A DNA stretch of 29,184 nucleotides from a virus (Duplodnaviria; Caudoviricetes): positions 1 through 29,184 of the IMG/VR virus record IMGVR_UViG_3300037524_000729. The stretch is one strand, 5' to 3'. Within the stretch, counting starts at the first letter, position 1. Each line of letters opens with the position of its first letter. This document shows positions 16,512-25,759 of the stretch, piece by piece. The notes under the pieces were generated by a model, which worked only from the letters and a program-made list of their open reading frames with translations, was not told where the DNA came from and ran no database searches. The translations under genes were made by a program, and so were the position numbers.

Positions 16512-18578
16512 TCAGGCGCCGACGTTCTTGTAGCCCGCACGCCAGTCGCCGATGGCGATGCCGTAGTCGAGCCGCACCTTGAACTTCATGGCGTCGGTGT
16601 CGAAGTCGATCGCCTCGTCCACGAACGGCGTCTCGTTGCCGTCCAGGAAAACGATCTCGAACGCCGCCACGTCGGCCGGGTCGGCGAACATGAACCAGCT
16701 GAGCCCGCTGTTGATGCCGTCCAGGTACGGGTCCGACACCACCGTGAAGGCGTTCTGGTAGATGTTGCGGACGCGCGAGTTCGAGGAGGCCGGATCGCTC
16801 TCGGAGGTGACGACCTGGCGCGCCAGATCCTCCTTCGTGCACGAGGTGAGCAACACCTTCGGCTCGATGTTCAGCGTCTCCTTGAGTCCCTTGTCCTTCT
16901 GGACGCGCATGGTCTTGCGGCCCACGCCGAGCGAGGCGACGCTGATCGCGGTGCCCGAGCTCGTGAGGTTCGCGTGACCGCCGGCCGTGGTCGCGGCCGT
17001 CGCGTTGAAGTACTGACCGGTGTCCGAGCACGTCGGGCCGTGGTTGCTCGCGCCGCTGGTCAGGAACGCGTAGGCGTCCGCGTTCACCGAGCGGGCTGCA
17101 GCCCGGCCCATGAGCTGCGCGCGGCGCGCGAAGCCGCCGAGATCGTCGTTCACGATCATCTGGCGGGTGAGTGCCAGCGCCTTGCCCTTCGTCACGGCCT
17201 GGGCGTTCTCGTACTCCTCGGCCAGCGTGCCGTAGGTGTACTCGCCGCCCTCCGGGATCGTCGCCAGGCTGTTGAACGAGCCCAGCTGGATGCGCGGGTG
17301 GATCTTGAAGTCCGACACCGAGCCCTTGAGCGCCCACAGGTTCCAGGTGTTCGGGAAGTTCCCGTACGCGGCACGCAGCACCTTGCCGGCCGTGTCCGAC
17401 AGCAGGTTCGGGAAGTCGCTCGAGGTGTGCGTCGCCAGCACCTTGCGGGCGACCGCGTCGCGGCTCAGACCGCGCACGCTGTGGCCGGCGAGCTCGAGCG
17501 AACGGGCGGCGAAGTCCGCCAACGTGAAGCCGTTGAACTCGTTGCCCTCCTCGCGCTTGCCGATGCCGGAGCGGGCAGCGAGCGCCACCGCGGCGCCGAG
17601 GCGGAACTTCTCGCGGCTGTCCTGGCCGGCGGACACGTTGGCCGCGGCGGACGGAACGGCCGGCGTCACGCCCTCGCCGATCTTCGCGAGCAGCTTCTCG
17701 GCAGCCACGTCCGGCGTGCAGGACACGTCGTCGAGGCACGCGTCGAGCAGCTGCCGGTGCTCCGCGGCCAGCCGGCCCGGGAAGCGGGCGCGGATCGCCG
17801 CGCGGCGGTTGGTCTCGGCCGCGAGCACTGCCTCGCGGGCCTGGGCGTCGGCTTCGGGGGTCGCCGACCGATTCGCAGTCGTCATGGTCACATCTCCTTC
17901 AGGAGTGGCATCGGCGGGAGCCGACTTTGGGGAATCCGCGGTTGCCCGCGGCGGATTGGAAACTCTGGCGTGTGCGAACGCCTGGAACATCTGTGAGGCC
18001 GCGGCCTTGCTGGCGCTCCAGCGCGCGGCAGCTTCGGTGGCTTCCTCGCCGACCGACCTTCCGTCGGCGAGCCCGGCATCGATCGCTTCGTCGCGGGTGA
18101 ACCAGGTTTCACCCTGCATCCAGCCCTCGACCGTCTCGCGTTCCTGACCGGTTCGCGCGGTGTAGGCATCGACGAGACCGACGGAGACCTTGTCGAGCAT
18201 CTCCGCAGTAGCGCGCATGTCGTCCGCGTCGCCCATCGCAAGCGTCCACGGGCTGTGCACCATGAACATGGCGCCCTCGCCCATCAGGATCTCGTCGCCG
18301 GCCATCGCGATCACGGAGGCGATCGAGGCGGCCAGCCCGTCGATGTACACGGTGACCTTGGCCTTGTGCTCCTTGAGCGCGTTGTAGATCGAGAATCCGT
18401 CGAACACCTCGCCGCCAGGCGAGTTGATGCGGACGTTGATCTGGTCGATGTCTCCGAGCGCCTTGAGATCGTCGCGGAACCGCTTGGCGGTAAGTCCGTC
18501 GCCGTACCAGTTCTCGCCGATCGGCGCGTAGATCTCGACCTCCGCGGCATTCTGGCCGCGGGCCCATACCTTGATCAT
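16512..18578 (-). CDS. ClpP-like prohead protease / major capsid protein fusion (688 aa)
   Basis: N-terminal Clp motifs INSPGGEVFDG, GLAASIAS, FMVHSPW and ETWF. C-terminal capsid motifs HTSSDFPNLL, TRQMIVNDDLG, FLDG...P and KVRLDYG...DWR. Confidence 0.93.
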   Translation of the reverse strand: MIKVWARGQNAAEVEIYAPIGENWYGDGLTAKRFRDDLKALGDIDQINVRINSPGGEVFDGFSIYNALKEHKAKVTVYIDGLAASIASVIAMAGDEILMGEGAMFMVHSPWTLAMGDADDMRATAEMLDKVSVGLVDAYTARTGQERETVEGWMQGETWFTRDEAIDAGLADGRSVGEEATEAAARWSASKAAASQMFQAFAHARVSNPPRATADSPKSAPADATPEGDVTMTTANRSATPEADAQAREAVLAAETNRRAAIRARFPGRLAAEHRQLLDACLDDVSCTPDVAAEKLLAKIGEGVTPAVPSAAANVSAGQDSREKFRLGAAVALAARSGIGKREEGNEFNGFTLADFAARSLELAGHSVRGLSRDAVARKVLATHTSSDFPNLLSDTAGKVLRAAYGNFPNTWNLWALKGSVSDFKIHPRIQLGSFNSLATIPEGGEYTYGTLAEEYENAQAVTKGKALALTRQMIVNDDLGGFARRAQLMGRAAARSVNADAYAFLTSGASNHGPTCSDTGQYFNATAATTAGGHANLTSSGTAISVASLGVGRKTMRVQKDKGLKETLNIEPKVLLTSCTKEDLARQVVTSESDPASSNSRVRNIYQNAFTVVSDPYLDGINSGLSWFMFADPADVAAFEIVFLDGNETPFVDEAIDFDTDAMKFKVRLDYGIAIGDWRAGYKNVGA

Positions 18579-20128
18579 TTCGATCTCCTGTGTGACTTGC
18601 GAGCCCGGGCTGCGGGCTTGGCGGCTTCGTCGTCATCGGGCTCCGGCGGCGGCTCGCTCGAGGGCTGCGGGGTGCCTTGACCCGGGCGCGACAGACCGAG
18701 CTGCTCCCGGTCGGCGTTGTCGCGCTCGATTTCCTTATTCACCTGATCGGGGTTGTCGCCGCGCAGTCGGATGATCCGCTGGCGACTCGTCCAGCCGCGG
18801 TCCTCAGCCGTCGCCAGTGCGTCAGCCTCCTTGGCCGGGTCGATCCACGGCATGGCCGGCAGCGTGTGCGACGCGTCGTACACGGTCGCCATATCGATGC
18901 CCTTGGCATCCGCCGCACCCGAGATCAGCACGGCCTCGATGAACCCATCCCACACCGGCTGGCAGAGCCGAAACACCAGATGCCCGGACACCGGGCGATA
19001 GCTGCCGTAGCTCTCGACCAACTCCTGGCGCTGTGAGCTGAACGTGCCGTTGTAGTTCTTCGAGATGCTCGAGTAGCTCGCCCCAACGCCGGCGGCGCCG
19101 CTGCGCAACTGCGCATCGCGGAACGGGATCAGCGCATTGTTCGGGCGGTTCGAGTTGATCGAGCCGATCTCCTCACCGGGCATCAGGTCGTCGAAGATCA
19201 TGCCTGGGACCATTTCCATGGAGCGCAGCGCGCGCTGCCCCGTGGCAGGGTCGACGGGGTGGTCCCCAGGTTCGTAGAGGTCCGGCGTCCCCTTCTTGAT
19301 GTAGGCCGCCATGGCCGCCGCGACACGAGCGGCGACGCGCTCGGACTCGTCGATTTCCTTGATGTCGTCGAAGCGATTGAGCACTGAGGCGAACACGCTC
19401 ACGCCGCGCACCTGGTGCAGTCGCTTGGCCAGTTTCACGTGGATCATCCGCGCTGCCGGGATCTCCTTCGTGTCGACGCTCAGCCGGCCGCTGTCATCGC
19501 CGGGATGGCTCTTGTAGACGCGATAGGCCAGCGGTTGCCCCCATGCGTTAAGCCGCACGCCCTGCACGACGTTGGCCGCTGGATCGTTCATGTCCAGCGG
19601 CACGAAGTCCGGCTCGAGGCTCTCGAGCGAATAGGGAACCACGGTGTTGTGGTCGAGCGAAGCGATCCGCCCGACGATCCGCTGCGAGAACACCTCGCCG
19701 TCGCGGAACATCGTCCGAGCGAGCAGACGCTGCAGCGAGTAGTAGTCGAACTGGCGCGTGACCTCCGGGCTGTGAATCCACTCGTCCCAGAGCAGGCTCA
19801 GCTTTCGGTTGAACTCCTCCGCCGGCTCGCCGCCCTTCATCCGGACCTGTGGTTCCGGCACGATGCCCGTCCCCACGGTGTTGTTCACCAGCACGTCGAG
19901 CACGCCGGACGCGATGTCGAAGTTCTGCTCGAGGTGCCTGGCCTGCGACCTCAGCGTATCGATCGCCCCGCGGTTCTGTGCGTTCGCTGATCGGCGGTCA
20001 CGCTTCTCGCGCCGCAGCCGGTTGGTCTCGGCGGCCTCGTAGTAGTTGTACGCCAGGCGCGCGCGGGCGCGCTTCAATGCCCACGCCGGCGAGATCGCCT
20101 GGATGATTACGCGATCAACCCAGCTCAC
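18575..20128 (-). CDS. Portal protein, lambda family
   Basis: LRSQARHLEQN, FRDGEVF, HQVRGVS, NYNGTFSSQRQELVE and MPWIDPAKEA motifs. Confidence 0.93.
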   Translation of the reverse strand: MSWVDRVIIQAISPAWALKRARARLAYNYYEAAETNRLRREKRDRRSANAQNRGAIDTLRSQARHLEQNFDIASGVLDVLVNNTVGTGIVPEPQVRMKGGEPAEEFNRKLSLLWDEWIHSPEVTRQFDYYSLQRLLARTMFRDGEVFSQRIVGRIASLDHNTVVPYSLESLEPDFVPLDMNDPAANVVQGVRLNAWGQPLAYRVYKSHPGDDSGRLSVDTKEIPAARMIHVKLAKRLHQVRGVSVFASVLNRFDDIKEIDESERVAARVAAAMAAYIKKGTPDLYEPGDHPVDPATGQRALRSMEMVPGMIFDDLMPGEEIGSINSNRPNNALIPFRDAQLRSGAAGVGASYSSISKNYNGTFSSQRQELVESYGSYRPVSGHLVFRLCQPVWDGFIEAVLISGAADAKGIDMATVYDASHTLPAMPWIDPAKEADALATAEDRGWTSRQRIIRLRGDNPDQVNKEIERDNADREQLGLSRPGQGTPQPSSEPPPEPDDDEAAKPAARARKSHRRSK

Positions 20129-20373
20129 CGTCGGCTCCTGAAGTCTGCGACGCTCATCCCCGCCCGGCCCATTCCGGCCGCGCGGCGCTCCATCTGGCTC
20201 ACCATCCGAATCCAGTAGTCGAGGGCCGCCTGCATGTCCTGCGCGGACTTGTAGGTGATCGTCCGGCCCTTGTAGCTCACCGACTGGAACGTGCCGGTGC
20301 TCTGGGCTGCCATGAGCGCCGCGACCATGTCGCGCGCCTGCTGAAGGGTAATTGCGCTCATCGTCTGAACCAT
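20125..20373 (-). CDS. Head-tail adaptor, gpW-like (start possibly 20361)
   Basis: Small ORF between terminase and portal with a QSVSYKGRTITYKS beta-hairpin. Confidence 0.75.
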   Translation of the reverse strand: MVQTMSAITLQQARDMVAALMAAQSTGTFQSVSYKGRTITYKSAQDMQAALDYWIRMVSQMERRAAGMGRAGMSVADFRSRR

Positions 20374-22457
20374 GATCCTTTGCGGTTACCGACCCACGCC
20401 TGCCGAGTCGGCTGCTTCGCTGCCGCCGGCTCTACCGTCGACACCGGCGCCGGCCCGGCCGATCCCGGCGGCGGCCCCTCGGGCGACGCTGGCGGGTCTT
20501 TCATCCGGTGGATTCCGAGCGCGTGTGCGGCAGCCACGTTCAGCGCCTCGCAGTCGAGAAAGTGGTTGTCCTTGCGAAGCCTGACCCACGCCACCCGCCC
20601 GGACGGCTTGACCACGCGGGCCTCCGCCGTCACCTGCTGGCAGTAGTCGTCCGTCACGTCCTGCGGCACATGCCACGCGCCAGGCTGGTCGGTCGGCCAC
20701 TGCAGGCGCGTGTGCACCCACGACTTGAAGTAATCGCTGTCGAGGTGCCAGAGCTGCAGCCCGTGCTTGATCAGCCGGCCCCGTACCGTCACATCGATCA
20801 GCGACGGTGCGAGCGGCTTCGACTGCGAGTCGTGGCCCTTCGTCGCCATGACGCGGTCCTGGTGCATTCGCGCGAAGCGGTAGACCAGGTGGTCGGGCTT
20901 TTTCCACTTGTCGCCTGGGCGGTAGCCGGAGTCGATCGCCATGCGGCGCAGCCGACGGCCGTCGAACTCCCGCTCGAGCAGCGCCCCGAGCTGCTCGTCC
21001 CAGATATCTTCGCGCTCCGTCTCCCCCCAGAACTCACCGGCCTCGATCAGCCAGGACTCCGCCCGGTGCCCGCCCCAGCCGCGCACTACGTAGATCAGGC
21101 GATCCTTCTGGACGTCGACGCCGCAGGTCAGGACCTTCACTCCGGTCGGGACGCTGCCGCTGGCATAGCCGCCGGCCAGGTCCCTCACCGACTCCCACGC
21201 CGGCGCATCGGCGCCGACGCGGTAGAGCTCGCCGAATGCCGTGTTGATCGTCGTGCGAACCCGCTCCGGGTCGCCAGAGCGCGAGGCGCGTAGCCACGCC
21301 GCCGCCCGCTGGCCCCATGTCATCCAGGGCGACATCACGCCTGACGCCCAGAACGAGGCCGTCTCGGACTCCGGCGGGTCTCCCATCACCCGCCCGCCTT
21401 CGACCCACTGGCCGGGCGCGAGGTAATGCCCGCGAGCGTTCATCCGCGAGCGGTGCTCGTCGGTGATCAGCGTGCCGCAGCTCGGGCACGTCAGCCGCGC
21501 CTCTTTCAGTGCGCGCTTCGGCGTGCAACCCTCCGGCCACGTCAGCAGCTTGAACCGCGGCACGAAGTACGTGTCGCAGTCCGGGCACGGCACCGCCCAT
21601 TCGTGGCGCGTGCCCTCCTGCCAGAGCCGCCAGACCGCGCTCGACAGGTCCTCAGGTTCGGCGACGTCCCAGTGCTCGACGCCGGTCTTCGGATGCCTGA
21701 TCGCGCTCACGTTCCCTTCGGTCGGCGTCGAGGTGATGATCAGGCGGCCGTCCGGATACGTTGCGATGCGCGCCTCCGCCAGCGATACCGGATCGCCCTC
21801 GCCCGGGATCGGCGCCATGCGGTCGACCTCGTCCACCAGCACCGTGTGGGCCGGTTGCGAGGCGAGCTCGGTGGCCGACCCCGCCCATGCGAGGCGCAGC
21901 GTCACGCCTGACACCCGCTTGATCAGCTTCTGGGCCTTGCGACCGTGCAGGGTCTTCGACCACAGGCTCGGCGCACTACGCAGCATCTGCGCGATCTGCG
22001 GCTCGATCACGCCGTCGACGTTCGACTTCGTCGGCCCGATGTACAGGATCGGCGCCGGATCGTCGTCGAGCTTGTGCCCGATGACATTCAGCAATCCGGC
22101 TGTCTTGCCCATCTGCGAGCCCATCACCGCGACTACCCGTCGGTAGTGAGGGTCCGCACAGGCCGCAGCGATCGGGATCGTGTACGGCGTCCTATCGCTT
22201 CGCCACGGACCGGGCTCGGCGCTTCCGGCCGGCAGGACGCGGCTTTCGTTTGCCCACTGGCTCGCGTTCCGCTTCTTCGGTGGGCGCAGGATCGCCGCCG
22301 TCGTCTTCAGCACTGCCGAGAACGTCCGCGAGCTTCTCGATCGCGTCAGCAAAGGCGGCGCGGACACTCCTGAGGTCGTCGAGCAGGCGCTCTCGGACGA
22401 CGGCCGGCTCGTTGATTCCTGCAAGCTCACTGGCGAGTCGTCCTGGCACCGCGTCAT
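20358..22457 (-). CDS. terL: Terminase large subunit, GpA family (true start uncertain, perhaps GTG near 22313)
   Basis: PGPWRSDRTPY, Walker A MGSQMGKT, Walker B VLVDEVD, STPT, CPDC/CPSC zinc motifs, GVDVQ, IDSGY and NHFLDCE. Confidence 0.95.
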   Translation of the reverse strand: MTRCQDDSPVSLQESTSRPSSESACSTTSGVSAPPLLTRSRSSRTFSAVLKTTAAILRPPKKRNASQWANESRVLPAGSAEPGPWRSDRTPYTIPIAAACADPHYRRVVAVMGSQMGKTAGLLNVIGHKLDDDPAPILYIGPTKSNVDGVIEPQIAQMLRSAPSLWSKTLHGRKAQKLIKRVSGVTLRLAWAGSATELASQPAHTVLVDEVDRMAPIPGEGDPVSLAEARIATYPDGRLIITSTPTEGNVSAIRHPKTGVEHWDVAEPEDLSSAVWRLWQEGTRHEWAVPCPDCDTYFVPRFKLLTWPEGCTPKRALKEARLTCPSCGTLITDEHRSRMNARGHYLAPGQWVEGGRVMGDPPESETASFWASGVMSPWMTWGQRAAAWLRASRSGDPERVRTTINTAFGELYRVGADAPAWESVRDLAGGYASGSVPTGVKVLTCGVDVQKDRLIYVVRGWGGHRAESWLIEAGEFWGETEREDIWDEQLGALLEREFDGRRLRRMAIDSGYRPGDKWKKPDHLVYRFARMHQDRVMATKGHDSQSKPLAPSLIDVTVRGRLIKHGLQLWHLDSDYFKSWVHTRLQWPTDQPGAWHVPQDVTDDYCQQVTAEARVVKPSGRVAWVRLRKDNHFLDCEALNVAAAHALGIHRMKDPPASPEGPPPGSAGPAPVSTVEPAAAKQPTRQAWVGNRKGSWFRR

Positions 22458-22794
22458 GTCGGGAGGCGAGATCCGCCGATAGGGTCGAGAACACCTCGGC
22501 GACCTGCGAGGCGAAGATCAGTTCGCCGCGCTTCACCGCGTTCTCGATCGCGACCTTGTCCGCCTGCTCCTTGGCCAGCCGCTCGCGCTGCGATCCTTTG
22601 GGCTCGCGCCTCCAGACAACCCACGGCAGCGCCTGTCCCAGCGTGATTTCGACCGGATGACCACGGCCACGACCGCGAGCGCAGGGCATGCCAGCGTCGA
22701 TCCAGGCCGTGACGGTCTGGACGGAAACCCCCAGCACCTCCGCGAACTGAGAGGCTGTGCACTTCGGCCAGCGAACTTGGGGGGTCGTTTTCAA
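22192..22794 (-). CDS. terS: Terminase small subunit (Nu1-like wHTH)
   Basis: FAEVLGVSVQTVTAWIDAGMP HTH and ERLAKEQADK..IEN...RGEL. It lies directly upstream of terL. Confidence 0.88.
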   Translation of the reverse strand: MKTTPQVRWPKCTASQFAEVLGVSVQTVTAWIDAGMPCARGRGRGHPVEITLGQALPWVVWRREPKGSQRERLAKEQADKVAIENAVKRGELIFASQVAEVFSTLSADLASRHDAVPGRLASELAGINEPAVVRERLLDDLRSVRAAFADAIEKLADVLGSAEDDGGDPAPTEEAEREPVGKRKPRPAGRKRRARSVAKR

Positions 22795-22829
22795 GATTCA
22801 GGCGACTTTTTGGGCCACACATCCAATGA

Positions 22830-22874
22830 AAGCGGCGTTCGAACTACCCCCGGAACAAACAACACCAAGGACCC
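22830..22874 (-). other. Putative cos packaging site (cosQ-like GGGTCCT at 22874-22868, cosN-like segment ~22851-22832)
   Basis: The non-coding gap upstream of terS contains GGGTCCT (the lambda cosQ sequence), followed about 16 nt later by GGGGGTAGTTCGAACGCCGC with the palindrome GTTCGAAC. Confidence 0.5.
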
Positions 22875-22891
22875 GTTGCAAATCATTCGCA

Positions 22892-23650
22892 TCACGCAGC
22901 GCGCGCCCGCCATTCCTCGACGGTCAACGTGTGCTTGCTGAAGTTGCACGGTTTGCACGCCACCACCACGTTATGGATCGAGTGAGCGCCGCCTCGATCC
23001 AGCGGGATCACATGGTCCAGACTCTTTTCGACTGATCGCATACGCCTGCCGCAGTAGTGGCAGTGCTTAGCGTTGGCAAACAAACGAACGATCACATCGC
23101 CAGTCAGCGTGCCATCGTTCGTCTCGTCGATTTGCTTGCGGCGCTTCGCTTTAGTGCGCTGCACCTTCTCAATCTCTTTGGCCCTGAACGATGGATCGCA
23201 CCAATATCTGATGCGCCACTTTTCCGCGCTGGTGAGTCTAGGGTTGTTCCAAGGCTTGTCTCTGTATGCGTCTCGCACCCAAGAGTCAGGGGCCTTGACC
23301 CTAGTCCACCATGACCACGCCTGCAGTGCATTCTGCACAACGAGTGACTCGTAGCCGTCGGACCGTGCCCGTCTACGTTTACGCTCGGCTGTTTTCTCTT
23401 TTCCGAATCTTTCCGTTTCCGGCCTGATTGCCTGCGGCCAGTATTCCTTCCCGCGCTTGGCTGCCCTGTTTACGCTCTCAGCCATACGTTTCCATACGTT
23501 GCCGCTGGACTTCAGGCCGGCAGCCTTTCGCTTCGCGCGCCACCGCTTCGTATCCTGCCGCCGTTTTGCAGCATCTATGTACTTCTGGCGGTTGCGCTCG
23601 TAGTGCGCCCTCGACCAGGCGCGGCGCTTCTCTGGGTCGGCACTCGGCAT
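22892..23650 (-). CDS. HNH endonuclease
   Basis: C-terminal CHYCG...SLDHVIPLDRGGAHSIHNVVVACKPCNFSK with a basic N-terminal region. Start re-called at ATG 23650. GC is visibly lower than in the neighbours. Confidence 0.9.
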   Translation of the reverse strand: MPSADPEKRRAWSRAHYERNRQKYIDAAKRRQDTKRWRAKRKAAGLKSSGNVWKRMAESVNRAAKRGKEYWPQAIRPETERFGKEKTAERKRRRARSDGYESLVVQNALQAWSWWTRVKAPDSWVRDAYRDKPWNNPRLTSAEKWRIRYWCDPSFRAKEIEKVQRTKAKRRKQIDETNDGTLTGDVIVRLFANAKHCHYCGRRMRSVEKSLDHVIPLDRGGAHSIHNVVVACKPCNFSKHTLTVEEWRARAA

Positions 23651-23652
23651 CG

Positions 23653-24477
23653 CTATCGGGCCGTCCTGATCGCGGTCCGCAGCGCCTTCTTGAACTCGCC
23701 GGGCCACACGCGAGCTTGCGTCTTGCGAGCGACGTCGACGAACCCGTACCGCCGCCGATAGTTCGGTGCCGCTGCGAAGATCAGCACGGGCTTCACGCCT
23801 CGGGGCTGGATACGGTTGGCCTTGACGGTTACGTCGAAGCCCGCTGCCCTTGCCTCGCTCGTCGCGCGCTTGGCGATGGCGCGCTGTCTGGTTGAGGTCG
23901 TTGGGCCCGTGCGCTCGTAGACGCCGGGAGGCAGGGACTGCCCTGCGCGCGTGGCGAAGTACTTGGGTCGCTTCGCCCCTGCCCGATCGGCGGACCGTGC
24001 GGTCTGGTTCGCCTTGAAGCCGACCTCGGAGAACGCCTGCGTCTGGGACAGGATCTGAACGATCTGCCCGGCGCTGATGTTCCCGTACTGGTTGAGCCGA
24101 GCGCCTGCGCCAGGCATGGCGAACTCTGACGGGCCCATGATGCCGCGAGCACGTAGAGCACGCTCGAATCGCTTCACCCTGCGGCCGCCACCCTCGACCT
24201 CGGGCTCGAGGTACTTCACTGGCGGCGTGCCCTTGGTCGCCTCGTTGCGCAGGAACACCTCTGCCTCGATCTCGCCTCGCTTGGCGAAGCGCACCATGGG
24301 GGCGTTCACTGTGAATGCAGTGGGCCTGTCGAACGCGAACCGCGCCTCGATCTTCAGGGCCGTCTGGATCTTCTTGGCCGTCTCGTTGACCGCCAGCCGA
24401 GTGGCATACGGGATCTGCTCGGCGTGCTTCTGCATCTTGCGCGCCAGCATGGCGGTATCGAACGTCACGGCGATCAT
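23653..24477 (-). CDS. Basic virion morphogenesis protein (gpZ-like tail completion/neck)
   Basis: Start re-called at ATG 24477. QIPYATRLAVNETA...FDRPTAFT...YL.PEVEGG.R..KRFE.AL...LNQYGNI..GQI.QILSQ pattern. Confidence 0.65.
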   Translation of the reverse strand: MIAVTFDTAMLARKMQKHAEQIPYATRLAVNETAKKIQTALKIEARFAFDRPTAFTVNAPMVRFAKRGEIEAEVFLRNEATKGTPPVKYLEPEVEGGGRRVKRFERALRARGIMGPSEFAMPGAGARLNQYGNISAGQIVQILSQTQAFSEVGFKANQTARSADRAGAKRPKYFATRAGQSLPPGVYERTGPTTSTRQRAIAKRATSEARAAGFDVTVKANRIQPRGVKPVLIFAAAPNYRRRYGFVDVARKTQARVWPGEFKKALRTAIRTAR

Positions 24478-24977
24478 CAGACGATCGTCACCTTGAGCCT
24501 GCACTCGTAGATCGAACCTGCCTGCGTCTCGATCACGGCGACGCAGTTGTACGTCTCGCCGAGGGTTCCGCCTGAGGCCCACACACGGACCTCCTGCAGG
24601 GCTGGCAGATCCTGCTCCACCTCATCCGCGAGGACGAGATCACGGTCGGTGATCCACTCGACAGGGTTGGCGGATGCAAGGCGCTCGGAGAGGCTGTCGT
24701 ACGTGATCGCCTGGGCAGTCCACGTGATCGATCCGTCAACGACTGTCTCACCGACGACACCCGGCCAATCCGGCTCGGTCTTGCCATGGGACACTCCGCC
24801 GCTCGAAACGTACTCGAGGCCGGTGCCCGGCCTGCGCCACGGCCGCACGATCTGTCCGACGTCGTACGGATGATTCGGTTCCCAGCGGCGGGCGAACTCA
24901 TCCGTCAGGTCGAACGCATACCACTGGCGCTCTGATGCCGCCTTGCAGACCTCGAGCGTTTGGACGCACTCGGCCAC
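24477..24977 (-). CDS. Putative virion accessory protein with internal CBM5/12-like module
   Basis: K...E...YAFD and VRVWASGG..GETY...C.IET flank WEPNHPYDVGQIV...EPDWP...GETVVDGSITW. Confidence 0.55.
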   Translation of the reverse strand: MAECVQTLEVCKAASERQWYAFDLTDEFARRWEPNHPYDVGQIVRPWRRPGTGLEYVSSGGVSHGKTEPDWPGVVGETVVDGSITWTAQAITYDSLSERLASANPVEWITDRDLVLADEVEQDLPALQEVRVWASGGTLGETYNCVAVIETQAGSIYECRLKVTIV

Positions 24978-24981
24978 GGCC

Positions 24982-25179
24982 TTACTCGGTCGCGATCAGG
25001 CCGAGGCTCTTCAGTCGCTCGACGATGTCGGGCGGCAGGGTGCGGCTCTTGCCGCTGACCTCGACCACGATGCCGTGTTCGGTCTGCGTCGCCGCATACT
25101 CGCCTGCGAGCAGCTTGACTGCGCCACCCTGCGCGCGGGGCAGGCCCTGCTCGAACGTCTGCAATACCTTGAGCTTCAT
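24982..25179 (-). CDS. Small hypothetical protein (65 aa)
   Basis: ATG at 25179 with GAGG RBS. It fills the operon gap (MKLKVLQTFEQG...GLIATE). Confidence 0.6.
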   Translation of the reverse strand: MKLKVLQTFEQGLPRAQGGAVKLLAGEYAATQTEHGIVVEVSGKSRTLPPDIVERLKSLGLIATE

Positions 25180-25186
25180 GGTGTCC

Positions 25187-25750
25187 TCAGGCCGCGGCGG
25201 CCGTGCCAGTGAAAACGACCTCGAGCGAGTCGCCGTCGTCGAGCGACTTGTTGCCCGCGGTGAACGCGCCAGCGGCGTACAGGGTGCCGGTCGTGCCGCC
25301 CTTGGTGTTGTTCGAAGTGAGGAACGCGCCGCCGACGTCGGTGCTGTCCGTGCTGATTGTGAAGTCGGCCGGCGATCCGGAGTTCGACACGGACTGGCTC
25401 GACACGCCGCCATCGGTCCAGGCCGGGCGGTTCGCCTCGTCGTAGGCGGTGACCTCGCTCCAGCCGGCGTGCGAGGACATGGTGTTCCCGGCGGCGACCG
25501 TCGGGGTTGCCGACGTGAGGCCGAGATACCACGACGTGATGGGCGTGCCACCCGACAGCCCTGCGTCGAGCAGGTAGTCGAGGCCGGCGTTGACGACGAT
25601 GTTGTCGATCGTGTCGCGCCACTTCTCGACGCCATTGGCGTCGCGACAGATGAACTCCCAGCGGCCCTTCATGGCGGCCTGCAGGAGCGTGTCGGCCGGG
25701 CGGCGCGCAGCGCCTTCTGCCTGGCCACCCAATGTGCCGATGTTGTCCAT
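25187..25750 (-). CDS. Putative virion structural (fibre/decoration) protein, 187 aa
   Basis: Gly/Thr/Ser-rich beta protein: NIVVNAGLDYLL, WYLGL, WSEVTAY..RPAW, GTLY, GDSLEV. Good RBS. Confidence 0.65.
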   Translation of the reverse strand: MDNIGTLGGQAEGAARRPADTLLQAAMKGRWEFICRDANGVEKWRDTIDNIVVNAGLDYLLDAGLSGGTPITSWYLGLTSATPTVAAGNTMSSHAGWSEVTAYDEANRPAWTDGGVSSQSVSNSGSPADFTISTDSTDVGGAFLTSNNTKGGTTGTLYAAGAFTAGNKSLDDGDSLEVVFTGTAAAA

Positions 25751-25759
25751 CTTCGATCC

